This document shows, piece after piece, positions 1-17,564 of a stretch of 64,000 nucleotides of DNA (the stretch's first letter is position 1; each line of letters begins with the position of its first letter). The stretch is from the human T2T-CHM13v2.0 reference genome, Homo sapiens: the NCBI GenBank assembly GCA_009914755.4, contig CP086569.2, positions 672,001 to 736,000 on the forward strand, given 5' to 3'. The notes beneath the pieces are model-generated. The model did no database searches. It was given only the letters and a program-made list of their open reading frames with translations, and was not told the DNA's origin. A program made the position numbers and the translations under genes.

Positions 1-50
1 ACCTCACCAAAAAATGAAACATAGACTTATCCTACGATCGCATGATCTCA

Positions 51-597
<547 letters not shown>

Positions 598-919
598 GAA
601 TCTCCAGTCCTTGGGCTCAGGGCTATTTGTACACACAACTACAGGGAGACTTTGGGTTTCCCGGTTCGGTTTTCCTTTAATCCGAAAGCTCTTCTGGAAA
701 GAAAGTGATATTTCACCTGTTAAAGCTGCTGAATTATTCTCAAGCGGGTTCCGCGTATCTTGCACCTGTATTGGCCGATGAGCGTGAGAGACGCTCCCAT
801 CTCGTTACTGGGAGAGGTGGGACTGGGGGGCTTCATCGCCAGAGGGATGAGGGGCTCGAGGTACTTACCTTTGTGGTGGGGACATTAACTACAGCATAGC
901 CTGAATCTTGTGATGTTGA

Positions 920-1607
<688 letters not shown>

Positions 1608-1741
1608 TAAATCAACGCCTAGAAAGTTTAGCATGTCCAGAATCTTTCGGAACAGGTGCTACCAGCCACCCACCTGGGCTGGTTCTTTTATTTCATTTCA
1701 TTTATTTATTTCATATTTTATTTTATTAACATTTTATTTAA

Positions 1742-3455
<1,714 letters not shown>

Positions 3456-4547
3456 GGTTTGTCCTTTTAAATAGCCGATCGGGATATTTAGCGTTACGGT
3501 TATGCCTGGTTCCATAGCAGGGGTATTGAATGGTATGGAATCAAAATCGGGATATGACATTGTTACTGTAAGATGCTGTGAAACCTGCTCTCCACACTCC
3601 CTTGTAAACGGAGACAGGGGGGTTTGCCCCTTGTCCATCTGCGTCTACACATCATCCTGGTAGGGACTGTACCTTTTGCCCGTCTTTCACGGCAAAAGAA
3701 TCCTCCTGGTCCCCGGGTGGATATATAGGCTCCTGTTTCCAACGCTGGAGGCTGCAGCTCACCCCGCTGCACCCCCCTTACCCACCGCTTCTGATCTGAA
3801 CTCCGGGCTGATGTGGATTCAGCCAAACTGCCTGCTGTACCCCATTCCCATTCAATCCATTACGCGGCTCCCTCCACCGACTCCTCATCTCCCTGACTTC
3901 TAATTTGACAATGACAAAGAGCTCCGCGGTGATTTTAAATTTCATAATTTTAATCTGTCAAGCCTGACATTTAATTACTGCCCTCCTCACCTTGCAGCCA
4001 CGTACGAGGGGGCTGCTGTGCGTCTTCCTTTAGAATGTATTTTTTCCCCCTTCCGTGGAGGAGTAGACTAATAAATAAGTATATGCATAACTGCCAGGTA
4101 CAAGACAATGTGCCAGGGATGGTCTATTAGCCCCAAATCTAGACAGATGAGGTTAATCATATTTCCAAGTGCCACTTTATCGTATTAGGAGTGATTAAAG
4201 CACAGCCTCGGCCCCCGGATGAGACGTCCGTTGGAAACATGAAACAGGAGACCTGGTCTGTGCAGTTTCATGTGAGCCGTTAGAGAGGCACACAGGGAGG
4301 TTGTGGGAGCCTTATGGGAACCCCGATTTGCTGCGCTGCTGGTTGTGGGGTTTGCAAACAAAGCAAGGCAAGCAGGGATTGCTAAGAGATGGCTCTGGGC
4401 AGCTGGGGTACGAAGGTTGTTTGGGACACCTGGGGCCGTTCCTTGGGTGTCTGTGGGAGGAAAAGTCTCTCTCCACACGCTGCTGTAATAGCAGGTGTAA
4501 CAGACTCATCATAACTGGGTTACCTGTGTTGAGACCGTCCACCTTGA

Positions 4548-4884
<337 letters not shown>

Positions 4885-4921
4885 TAAAAATATTTGAAGG
4901 CATGCATCATCACATTCTGAG

Positions 4922-4985
4922 ATCTCATGGATGAAGCTGGAAACCATCATTCTCAGCAAACCATCGCAAGGACAGAAAATCAAGT
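4922..4985 (+). mobile_element. Short L1 ORF2 C-terminal fragment
   Basis: ATGGATGAAGCTGGAAACCATCATTCTCAGCAAACCATCGCAAGGACAGAAAA matches the WMKLETIILSKL region at the L1 ORF2 end. Confidence 0.5.
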
Positions 4986-5913
4986 CTACCATGAGAAAGA
5001 CCCATTCTAATATGCCAAAGCAAAGCATGATGCACCTGGGGAGCCCAATTTCAGGTCAATATGGAAGAAGAGATGTCTCAATGCCAGAGTTGTGTGAGGG
5101 TGAAATGGCTTTTAATGACCAGGGTGAAATGTATTTTAGTAGAGACAGGGTTTAATGAGAAGGCGAGTTTCCTTCCGTTGGACATACCCCAGAGACCCCT
5201 GTGTCCCACCCAGAGAAAACCAAAGGCAGGTTCCAAGCAAGGGTCAGACGTTGGACTTCACAGCCCTGCACGTCCCTGCTAAGTCTTGGAGTCCATAAGA
5301 CGTCAGGGGGCTGCCGCCTGTGTCAGCTTCCTCTCTGCAAGTCCAGGGATGGCAAATGGATCACTTCAACATTGAAAATGCATTTTTGTATCAGTGTGGG
5401 CTGCAGAATGTCTCCAATGCAAAGAAAAACCTCATCATCCCAGGCAGAGACTTGGCAAATACCTCCTATCTGGAATGTTTGTACAACATGGTCTTAGCCT
5501 CCATTCCCATGTTATACATAATTCGTCCCCAGTGGACATAAAACAGTTCGTAACAATGCAAAAAATGCTTATCCTCGTAGTCCAATTGCAGTAAAAACAA
5601 AAAACAAAAAAGATCCTGAAAGATTGAATTTTCTTTTCTTATGATACATTCAGAATTGCGGTCCAGAATAATCAAGCCATATTATTTTCCATAAATGTCT
5701 GCATTTTTTTCTGGGAAACCCCAAGGGCCCTCTATGCAGAATGAAAAGCTTGGTCTAGCTTGAGATTTGGCAAGAAGCTGTTTAACACGGAGAAGGGCCA
5801 GGCAACAGCGGTTCCTCAGGTCATTTCCCACCATAAATAGCTCAGTGCAATTTAGAGAATGAGAGGGAAGTATTTTGTAATTTCACTAAAAGATTAAGAA
5901 AATATAATAGTAA

Positions 5914-6330
<417 letters not shown>

Positions 6331-6419
6331 TAAATCATTTTATCCTGAGCTTCTAACACACTGGTCATTGGGAGCACATGGTAATCACAAGGAAGAATTT
6401 TTAAAGTTTTTTTTAAAAA

Positions 6420-6699
6420 ATGTATCAATGATAATGGGTACATAATAGTTGTATATATTTATGCCGTGCATGTGCTGTTTTGATACAAGCATACAATGTA
6501 TCGTGATCAAACCAGGGTGACTGGGGTATTTACCACCTCAAGCATTTATCATTTCATTTTATTTATCATTTATCATTTTATTTCATGATGTCAAATCCAC
6601 TGTTTTAGTTATTTTAAAATATACAATAAGTTATTGTTAAGTATAGTCACCTTACAGTGCTACCAAATAAGAGATCCTTTTCATTCTACCTCACTCCAT
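6420..6699 (+). mobile_element. Older-subfamily L1 3'-end fragment
   Basis: AAACCAGGGTGACTGGGGTATTTACCACCTCAAGCATTTATCATTTC...ATATACAATAAGTTATTGTTAAGTATAGTCACCTTACAGTGCTACC resembles the 3' UTR of older primate L1 families. Confidence 0.55.
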
Positions 6700-7112
6700 T
6701 TTTAACTTTTTTCAATTATACTTTAAGTTCTAGGATACATGTGCAGAACGTGCAGGTTTGTTGCATAGGTATTCACGTGCCATGGTGGTTTGCTGCACCC
6801 ATCAACCCCTCATCTACATTAGGTATTTCTCTTAATGCAATCCCACCCCTTGGCCCCCCAGACCCTGACAGGCCCCAGTGTGTGACATTCCCCTCCCTGT
6901 GTCCATGTGATCTCATTGTTCAACTCCCACTTATGAGAGAGAACATGCAGTGTTTGGTTTTCTGTTCCTGTGTGAGTTTGCTGAGAATGATGGTTTCCAG
7001 CTTCATCCATGTCCCTGCAAAGGACATGAACTCATCCTTTTTCATGGCTGCATAGTATTCCATGGTGTATATATGCCACATTTTCTTTCTCCAGTCCATC
7101 ATAGCAGTGTAT
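6700..7112 (-). mobile_element. L1 (L1PA-like) 3' UTR + ORF2 end, reverse orientation
   Basis: TATACTTTAAGTTCTAGGATACATGTGCAGAACGTGCAGGTTTGTTGCATAGGTATTCACGTGCCATGGTGGTTTGCTGCACCCATCAACCC...AGAGAGAACATGCAGTGTTTGGTTTTCTGTTCCTGTG...GATGGTTTCCAGCTTCATCCATGTCCCTGCAAAGGACATGAACTCATCC is the classic L1 3' end in reverse complement. Confidence 0.85.
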
Positions 7113-7352
7113 ATAGTTATGGGGTATAAGGATATTTTTGTACCCATTACCATCTCTACCATTTCCTTCCTTCCTGCTACTTTTCTCAGCCTTCGGTCAC
7201 CATCATCCTCCTCTCCATGTCCTTGAGTTTAGTGTTTTTTGTGTAATTTTTAGCTCCCACACATGTGTGAGAACATGTGAAATGTGTCTCTCTGTGCCAG
7301 CTTGTTTCACTGAACATAGTGACCTCCTCTTCCATCCATGTTTTTGCAAATG
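7113..7352 (-). mobile_element. Probable older L1 fragment
   Basis: GTGAGAACATGTGAAATGTGTCTCTCTGTGCCAGCTTGTTTCACTGAACATAGTGACCTCCTCTTCCATCCATGTTTTTGCAAATGACAGGATCTC parallels the L1 segment at 42480-42560. Family assignment is uncertain. Confidence 0.4.
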
Positions 7353-7359
7353 ACAGGAT

Positions 7360-7362
<3 letters not shown>

Positions 7363-7397
<35 letters not shown>

Positions 7398-7691
7398 AGA
7401 CAGAGTTTTGCTGTTGTTGCCCAGGCTGGAATGCAATGGCTCAATCTGAACACACTGCAACTTCCACCTCCCGGGTTCAAGCAATTCTCCTGCTTGAGCC
7501 TCCTGAGTAACTGGGATTACTGGCACCCACCACCATGCCTGACTAATTTTGTCTTTTTTTTTTTTTTTTTTAGTAGAGACAGGGTTTCTCCATGTTGGCC
7601 AGGCTGGTCTCGAACTCCCAATCTCAGGTGATCCACCTGCCTCAACTTCCCAAAGTGCTGGGATTACAGGTGTGAGCCACCACACCCGGCC
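7363..7691 (-). mobile_element. Alu SINE with a ~40-nt poly-T head and an expanded internal T-run
   Basis: Poly-T then GAGACAGAGTTTTGCTGTTGTTGCCCAGGCTGGAATGCAATGG...GGGATTACAGGTGTGAGCCACCACACCCGGCC. Confidence 0.9.
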
Positions 7692-8163
7692 AGGACCTCA
7701 TTGTTTTTTGTTTTTTTTTCCAGCTGAATACTATTTCCTTGTGATTGACAAATAATAATTATATACATTTCTAGAGCACCATGCAATGTTTTGATACGTG
7801 CATAGGATGTGGAATGGTTAGATCAAGCTCATTAACAAATGCATCACCTCACATACGTCTCATCTTTAGGAGGTAAGAGCATTTAAAATCGACTCTTTCA
7901 GCAATTTTGAAACATACAATACGTTATTATTAACTATGAGAATGAGAAAGAAGAGGACAAGGAGCTCTCAGAGAAGCAGCAAACATAGGTCCAAGGTCCT
8001 CACAACATTGACTTAAGCACCAACTGACTGCCTCTTAATTAGGTGCTTCCAAGTAAATATAACTATCATCTATCAGATATAATACCAGAGACACCATACA
8101 ATATATACGGTAAGGCCTCACCCAACATCATTAATAGGTTATCAGAAATTACAACTTTCGCTA

Positions 8164-8782
<619 letters not shown>

Positions 8783-9094
8783 CTATTTTACCATAGGCCA
8801 ATTGATATAAACAAGAGTTAAATTCCTAGAGCATACAATAGGTCCTTTTGCTTAAAGTTGCTGCTTTCAAGAACCTATTTGTGATATCAAGTGAGAAGTT
8901 ACTGTATATGGAAATTATATATTTATTACACCTTTTGTATACATATTGTATATTGCGTATATCTATATGTCTTTACATAAATATGTTCATGTATCTATGT
9001 CCATTATATGTATTTTATACATATGTATATATGTATAAAATCTATTTATATATACATATGTATCTGTATACATATGTATATATTTATATGTATC

Positions 9095-9365
9095 TATTTA
9101 TATATACATATGCATACATACGTATCTATTTATATATACATATGCATACATACGTATCTATTTATATATACATATGCATACATACGTATCTATTTATATA
9201 TACATATGCATACATACGTATCTATTTATATATACATATGCATACATACGTATCTATTTATATATACATATGCATACATACGTATCTATTTATATATACA
9301 TATGCATACATACGTATCTATTTATATATACATATGCATACATACGTATCTATTTATATATACAT
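9095..9365. repeat. 32-bp minisatellite (CATACATACGTATCTATTTATATATACATATG) x ~8, inside a larger AT-rich low-complexity tract (~8900-9620)
   Basis: Exact 32-bp periodicity seen directly. Confidence 0.9.
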
Positions 9366-10734
9366 ATGTCTCCACTAGCTTGGTGCAAAAGTTAATGGCA
9401 AAAACTGAAATTACTTTTGCATCGACCTGGTATTTATATATATTTTAAGTTTAGGTTTTAATTCTATTGATACAGATTCATTTATATAGATCATTGATAC
9501 AGATGTCCTGTATTTATGGAAATTGCCCCCACATGTGTCTTTTATATTCATCTATGTATATTATAGACATATGTATGTTTTTATATCTACATGTATATCT
9601 TTTTACACACATCACTGGAAATAGACTGTTTAAAATTAACTGAACAGATGATGAAAAAAAAAAACTGTTTAACAAGAAAGTTAAGCCACCTTTTTTTTTT
9701 TCTGCCTTCTGAGTTGGACTACATGTGTTTCAATAACAGCGTGCTTTTAAAAAGATATTTTTGAAAAGTTGTGGCTCGTCTGGCTTGTATTAGAGGTTGA
9801 ATTTTGAGGGAAGTGACATATGTTCCCTAGAAGGCCTCCCTCAGTGACTTCGGTCGGACGATTATTTCGGTGTGTTTACGCAGGTTTTGCTAATTTTAAG
9901 TAACTGGATGTTTCCTTCATAACGACCTGCCCGGGGAGGAAGAAGCAACGATTTGTCATCCCATAATCTTCCCCCAGGGTTCTCTGCATTTTTAAAATAC
10001 AAGTCTAACCAAGATCTCCAAAAGGCATCTGAAAAATGTTTTTATGTGTGGAAACTGTTCATTTCTCCGTGGTTGCATAACTCAAAAATAGATGAGGACA
10101 TTTCTGAAACTTTCCCAGAAAAATCCCTCTTGGGCTAAAACTAACATTCGCTGGAGAGAAGCAAATAGGAAAGCACAAAATAAGGAAAGAAAGGCCTTCA
10201 GTGTAAAATGATCATTTTCCTTTTAAGAATTGTCTGCTTATCATGACATGAAAATCATATTTCCGGTAGCTTTTAGAAATCCATGTGGGTGATGCTGATA
10301 CTTAGAACTGTTCCAGTCATTCTCTAAGCTGAGACTCAGTGAATCCTCAATTGGAATCTCCTTTGTAAAGAACCCACACTCCTATTTTTGGCAACAAACT
10401 GGGATCTTTTGTGTTTATTTGTCTTAAATCAGCTTTTACTAAAGAGAGCTACGCCAGCCCCTAAATTACCAAAAGAATAATAGTTTCACGCTATGATGCC
10501 TTTCTCGCCCCCGTTTTGTCCTGACGAATGAGAATTGCTGCCTCTTTTGAACGTTCAGCTGTCTGGCGTGAGGGGACTTTCCTTTAGCTTCGGAAGAGTC
10601 AGTCTTGGCAGTTTTTGGTAATCAGAAACCAAGAATAAGAATTTGAATGCAGGGAAAACTGTGACACAGGAAATATGTTCATCTGTTACCTATATTTTAA
10701 AAGTTGAAAAATGAAGTGCTTTGGACTCTCTCTA

Positions 10735-12006
10735 TATATAGATAGATATATAATATCTATATATATCTATAGATATATATAGATATTATATGTATAGATA
10801 TTATCTATATAGATATATATAGATATTATCTATATATATCTATATATCTATAATATATATCTATATATATCTATATATCTATAATATATATCTATATATA
10901 TCTATATATCTATAATATATATCTATATATCTATAATATATATCTATATATCTATAATATATATCTATAATATATATATCTATACATCTATTATATATCT
11001 ATATCTATATATCTATGATATATATCTATATATCTATATATCTATGATATATATCTATATATCTATGATATATATCTATATATCTATGATAAATATCTAT
11101 ATATCTATGATATATATTTATATATCTATAATATATATCTATATATCTATATATCTATAACATATATCTATATATCTATAATATATATCTATATATCTAT
11201 AATATATATCTATATATCTATATATCTATAATATATATCTATATATCTATATATCTATAATATATATCTATATATCTATATATCTATAATATATATCTAT
11301 ATATCTATATATCTATAATATATATCTATATATCTATATATCTATAATATATATATATCTGTATATCTATAATATATATCTATATATCTATAATATATAT
11401 CTATATATCTGTAATATATATCTATATATCTATATATCTATAATATATATCTATATATCTAAATATCTGTAATATATATCTATATATCTGTAATATATAT
11501 CTATATATCTATATATCTGTAATATATATCTATATATCTATATATCTGTAATATATATCTATATATCTATATATCTGTAATATATATCTATATATCTGTA
11601 ATATATATCTATATGTCTATATATTATATATCTATATAGATATATAATATCTTTATCGACATATCGATATATATCGACATATTGATATATATCGACATAT
11701 CGATATATATCGACATATAGATATATATATTTATATAGATATATCTATATATAGATAGAGATATATAGATGATATATAGATATATAGATATATTGATATA
11801 TAGATATATATAGATATATTGATATATAGATATATATAGATATATAGATATATAGAGAGATATAGATATATAGAGATATATAGATAGACATATATAGATA
11901 TATAGATATATATCTATATAGAGATATATAGATATTATCTATATATCTCTCTCTATCTATATATCTATGTGTAATATATATCTATATAGATATATAATAT
12001 CTTTCC

Positions 12007-12060
<54 letters not shown>
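10735..12060. repeat. Compound TA/TC microsatellite (ATATATCTATATATCTATAAT and TATAGATATA variants), ~1.3 kb, ending in (CT)n(TA)n
   Basis: Seen directly. Several sub-blocks carry distinct variants, including a GATATATATCGACATATC block at 11640-11720. Confidence 0.95.
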
Positions 12061-12062
<2 letters not shown>

Positions 12063-12714
12063 CTCAAAGAGGCAAAATGGTAGTTATTTTTTTTCCTGTC
12101 AAGCTGCTGCTTCTGTAGAATTATAAGCCATTCTAAGGAAACTAGGAGAATTTTTAAAATCATCATAATAAACGGACCTGGTGTCTCTTTGGAACTTAGA
12201 ACTCTGACACTGAGTAACAAATTGAGCCGTTGGGACGTTTGTATTTGGTTTCAGTTTTGCTGATGATATCACCGGAATCCGTTTCATACTTAAAAAATTA
12301 TGCAGGGTTACTGGTGTTCAAGTTTGATTAGATCATGTAAGAATGAGAAAAACAGGCAGTCATTTCTGGCAAGGTATAGGATTTCCTGCTTGCATCCACA
12401 TTTACCCCAATTCTTTCCTTGTGGGATGAAGTTTTTATCTGTCTCTCCATGTGTCTCTTTTCTGTTTTTTCCCCCCAATTCTACTATATGGAAATCTTTC
12501 TCGCTGGTTTCTAGATGCCTTATGCTTTTCCAAGTAATTTTATATTTTGGAAAGGTGAGGTTAGAAATGGCAGGCCCATCTCACAGCTGAAAAATTCGCC
12601 ATCTGGATTTGTCTTTTCTTTACGCAGGTCCAACACGAGTATCTCTCTGAAATGTTTTTACTATGATTCAACATGAGTTTTACAGATTTAAACCACTCCC
12701 AAGAGTCTATTCAT

Positions 12715-13007
12715 TTTTTTTTGTTTTTTTGAGACAGAGTCTGACTCTTGTGGCCCAGGCTGGAGTGCAGCGGGGGTTATATTGGCTCACTGCAACCTCC
12801 TGGGTTCAAGCGATTCTCCTGCCTCAGCCTCCCGAGTAGCTGGGATTACAAGTGTAAGCCACCACACCCGGCTAATTTTTGTATTTTTAGTAGAGATGGG
12901 GTTTCACCATGTTGGCCAGGCTGGTCTTGAACTCCTGACCTCAAGTGATTGACCTGCCTCAGCTTCCCAAAGTGCTGGGATTACAGGTGTGACCCACCAT
13001 GCCCGAC
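12715..13007 (-). mobile_element. Alu SINE
   Basis: GAGACAGAGTCTGACTCTTGTGGCCCAGGCTGGAGTGCAGCGG...GGATTACAGGTGTGACCCACCATGCCCGACC. Confidence 0.85.
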
Positions 13008-13312
13008 CCATTCATTCATTCATTCACTCATTCACAAGCTCACTCCATTCATTCATTCATTCATTCACTCACAAGCTCATTCATTCATTCATAAGCTCAC
13101 TCATTCATTCACTCACAAGCTCATTCATTCATTCACAAGCTCACTCATTCATTCATTCATTCACTCAAAGCTCACTCATTCATTCACAAGCTCACTCATT
13201 CATTCACAAGCTCACTCATTCGTTCATTCACAAGCTCACTCCATTCATTCATTCACTCACAAGCTCACTCACTCATTCATTCATTTATTCAGAAGCTCAC
13301 TCATTCATTCAT
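13008..13312. repeat. Tandem repeat of CATTCATTCA(CTCACAAGCTCACT) units, ~300 bp
   Basis: Repeated TTCATTCATTCACTCACAAGCTCACTCATTCATTCA units seen directly, lying between Alu pieces. Confidence 0.9.
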
Positions 13313-13398
13313 TCGAGACCAGCCTGGCCAACATGGTGAAACCCTGTCTCTACTAAAAATACAAAAATTAGCCGGATGTGGTGGCTCACGCCTGTCAT
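13313..13398 (+). mobile_element. Alu internal fragment
   Basis: CGAGACCAGCCTGGCCAACATGGTGAAACCCTGTCTCTACTAAAAATACAAAAATTAGCCGGATGTGGTGGCTCACGCCTGTCATC. Confidence 0.65.
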
Positions 13399-13435
13399 CT
13401 GAACACATGTGTCAGCCACTGCGCCCGGCCAACTT

Positions 13436-13569
13436 TTATATTTTTTTTAGTAGAGATGGGGTTTCACCATGTTGGTCAGGCTGATCTCGAACTCCTGACC
13501 TCAAAAGATCCACCCGCCTCGGCCTCTCAAAGTGCTGGGATGACAGGTGTGAGCCACCGCACCCAGTCC
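13436..13569 (-). mobile_element. Alu left-arm fragment
   Basis: TTTTTTAGTAGAGATGGGGTTTCACCATGTTGGTCAGGCTGATCTCGAACTCCTGACCTCAAAAGATCCACCCGCCTCGGCCTCTCAAAGTGCTGGGATGACAGGTGTGAGCCACCGCACCCAG. Confidence 0.75.
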
Positions 13570-14111
13570 AAAGCACTCGAGTTTAATCCAGAGGTAACAC
13601 AGCAAGACTTGGGGGTCTTCCAGGCTTGGAGGTCTTCCATCCAGCCTCCAGGAATGCTTTCTCCATGGAGGTGCCCCATGAAGTTGGTAATTCAAGGCCA
13701 GGCTCATGGTGGATATCAGGAAACCTGGAAGAAAGGTCAGCGCCCACGGTGGGTTGGAAGGTCCAATCCGTGCAACTTCAGACAAAAGCTTGGAACGAAG
13801 CTGGTTCACCATGGCTGGCTGAATGCTTTGGTTGGATGGAGCAGACAGAAATCTACAGTTTTTCATCTGACTTTTGCTCCTGGGGCCTCAGGAGGGGCAG
13901 AAACAGATATGAAGCAGTTTCTACCAGGGCAACAACATCTCCGCAGAAGTTTTCTTTCTTAATCCTGTTTCCAGAGTAAGGGGGAAAAAAGGTACCCGGG
14001 GGTGGGAACACAGAGCCTGGGACCTGCATGGTTTTACCTTGGCACCTGCTCAGGGCCCTACGTCCTGTGGGCTGGCTCATAATTACTTTCTCATTAAGAA
14101 AGCAATCCAGC

Positions 14112-14521
<410 letters not shown>

Positions 14522-15463
14522 TTATTCTACTTGTCCTACACCCAGGGTGACTTAAAAACAGCGTTTGCCTCCAAAATGCTACCATACGTCTTCCTGAAAC
14601 ATTCCACATTTCCCCAAACCTTTGCAAGCAGCTGGGTTAAAACCGTAGGGCACAAATGCATTCCTTCGAGGAGAACTTGGCACAGCTAATCAGGAATGAG
14701 AAGGTGTCCCTTAAAAAATAACACATTTCCCCCTTTAAGATGCTTCAAGGGGCTCCCCCGGCCCTCCAGGCATGTCTGTAATTTCCCACAATTTTGCTTT
14801 ACGTCTCAATATGCTTGAATTGGATTAAGGAAAATAATCAATGTTCTCAATACGGTATTTACTTGTAATATTTTCCTTGCGCCCTAAGTTAGTTTCCCCG
14901 AGATGAAAGATGATTTTAAAAATTGCTATAGGTAATGATTTTTTATAGCTTAATTTAGATTATATTGAAAATTATGAAGGGGAGGGGAAAAAAAATCCAA
15001 CAACCCAGAATTGCCTCTACCTTATTAAACATCTCCACGTTTTTGCAATTTAAATACTACACTCAGCCGTATATTTTCTGTATTTCTATTTCCACAATAA
15101 GCATTAATAACATGGTAATATCTTTATTTCCATACTGTTTCCTTAATACACCACGGGGAGCTGGAAGCCATGTTCACTCAACAATTATTTCCATGAGAAA
15201 GAGCAGATTGTAGCAAAGGGCTCAAATTTCCTCTCGTGTGGTGGAAAACACTCCTCCCTGCCTGCTGCCTTAAGTGAACGAGTGAAAAACACTCATTGGT
15301 TTAAAAAATAAATAGCACAGCTCTGTTTGCTTACAAGCCCACCTGTCCAACTTTTCTCCAGCTTCTGGGGATGTTTGTCTCCACCCGCTGCTGGGATCCA
15401 GATGTATCAGCAAGCTACCTCTGACAGTCAGCAAATTAGAAACTCCTAACAGTTTCATGCCTA

Positions 15464-15775
<312 letters not shown>

Positions 15776-16036
15776 ACTGAAACAGCGTCTCCTCCTAATG
15801 TCCATGCACTGGAATTCCAAGGGAACCACAGGGTGATCAGACGCCCTGAACTAAGCAAGACCTCCCCAGCGGCTTGGATCTCAAGCTCAGTGGCCCAGAT
15901 GGGGGCTTGGGTCAGTCTGAGGGAGGTACAACTACTGCCACTTAACAGAGAAGAGAGGCACCTGCTTTGGAGCTACTTCCCTGCAAGTAGGTAAAGCAAT
16001 GTTTACTCCATAGAACCCCATGATAAATGAAAACGA

Positions 16037-16380
16037 GGCCGGGAGCAGTGGCTCACGCCTGTAATCCCAGCACTTTGGGAGGCCAAGATGGATGGATCAC
16101 GAGGTCAAGAGATCGAGACCAGCCTGGCCAACATGGTGAAACCCTGTCTCTACTAAAAATATAAAAATTAGCTGGGCATGGTGGCAGGCGCCTGTAGTCT
16201 CAGCTACTCGGGAGGCTGAGGCAGGAGAATTGCTTGAACCTGGGAGGTGGAGGTGGCAGGAGAATTGCTTGAACCTGGGAGGCAGAGGTGGCTGTGAGCC
16301 GAGATCACGCCACTGCACTCCAGCCTGGTGTCAGAGCGAGACTGCACCTCAAAAACAAAAACAGAAAAAACAAAAAAAGA
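16037..16380 (+). mobile_element. Alu SINE with an internal ~35-bp tandem duplication
   Basis: GGCCGGGAGCAGTGGCTCACGCCTGTAATCCCAGCACTTTGGGAGGCC.... GCAGGAGAATTGCTTGAACCTGGGAGGTGGAGGTGGCAGGAGAATTGCTTGAACCTGGGAGGCAGAGGTGG shows the duplicated segment. Confidence 0.85.
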
Positions 16381-16881
16381 AAAATGAAAATGAGGTAGTC
16401 CCTTGCTAAGAAATCATTCAGGTTTTCAGCATGGCAATAACAGAACATGATGCTAAGGGCAAGACCAAAGAAGGCAAGGCTGCTGTTGTTATGCACATAT
16501 CCATGAACATGGTATAACCAAACCCAGGCTCCGTGGCTCGTGGCTTGAAAACCAATCTGGAGAGTTGGTGGGAGGAAAACCAGGTTTATTTGGAGAGCTG
16601 GCAAACCAAGAATCTGTTGAACAAAAGTCCGAGTGTACCCCCTTAAATAAGTACATCTTTCAGGCTCTTTTTATATGAAGGGCATGGGAAAGAGGAGGGG
16701 GTTGGGATAGAGAGATGACCAATGGCCACGGACCTCTGAATGCTAGTCAGGGTCCAAAGAAGTTGAAGACTTTTTTGTCCTTGGTCAAGTCACCATGCTC
16801 CCAAAAATCTTTAACAAAACATAGTTGTTTTACATGTTTTCCCTTTAATCGCAGAGTTAGTTTTAAAAACTACATGATTGC

Positions 16882-17353
<472 letters not shown>

Positions 17354-17564
17354 TTATCTCTGTGCTCTGAAACTATCCTATCCTATGTGCAAGAATGGGT
17401 AAGGTCCCCTTAAACAAAAAGTAGAGTTAGATATGTTCCTTATTTTGCTGTTTCACTGTTACTGCGGCTCCTGGAGGAAATGTCATTCAGAACGAGGTTC
17501 TCAACCCTGGATGGGAGGAAGCTTTGGTGTTTAGTGTTTCTTTGTTTTGTGTTTGAGACGGGTT

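Noticed and set aside
13378-13962. 194-aa ORF
   Set aside because: The first ~60 residues are Alu antisense translation ([63 protein letters not shown]). The remainder has no coding bias and the frame is open by chance in GC-rich unique sequence.
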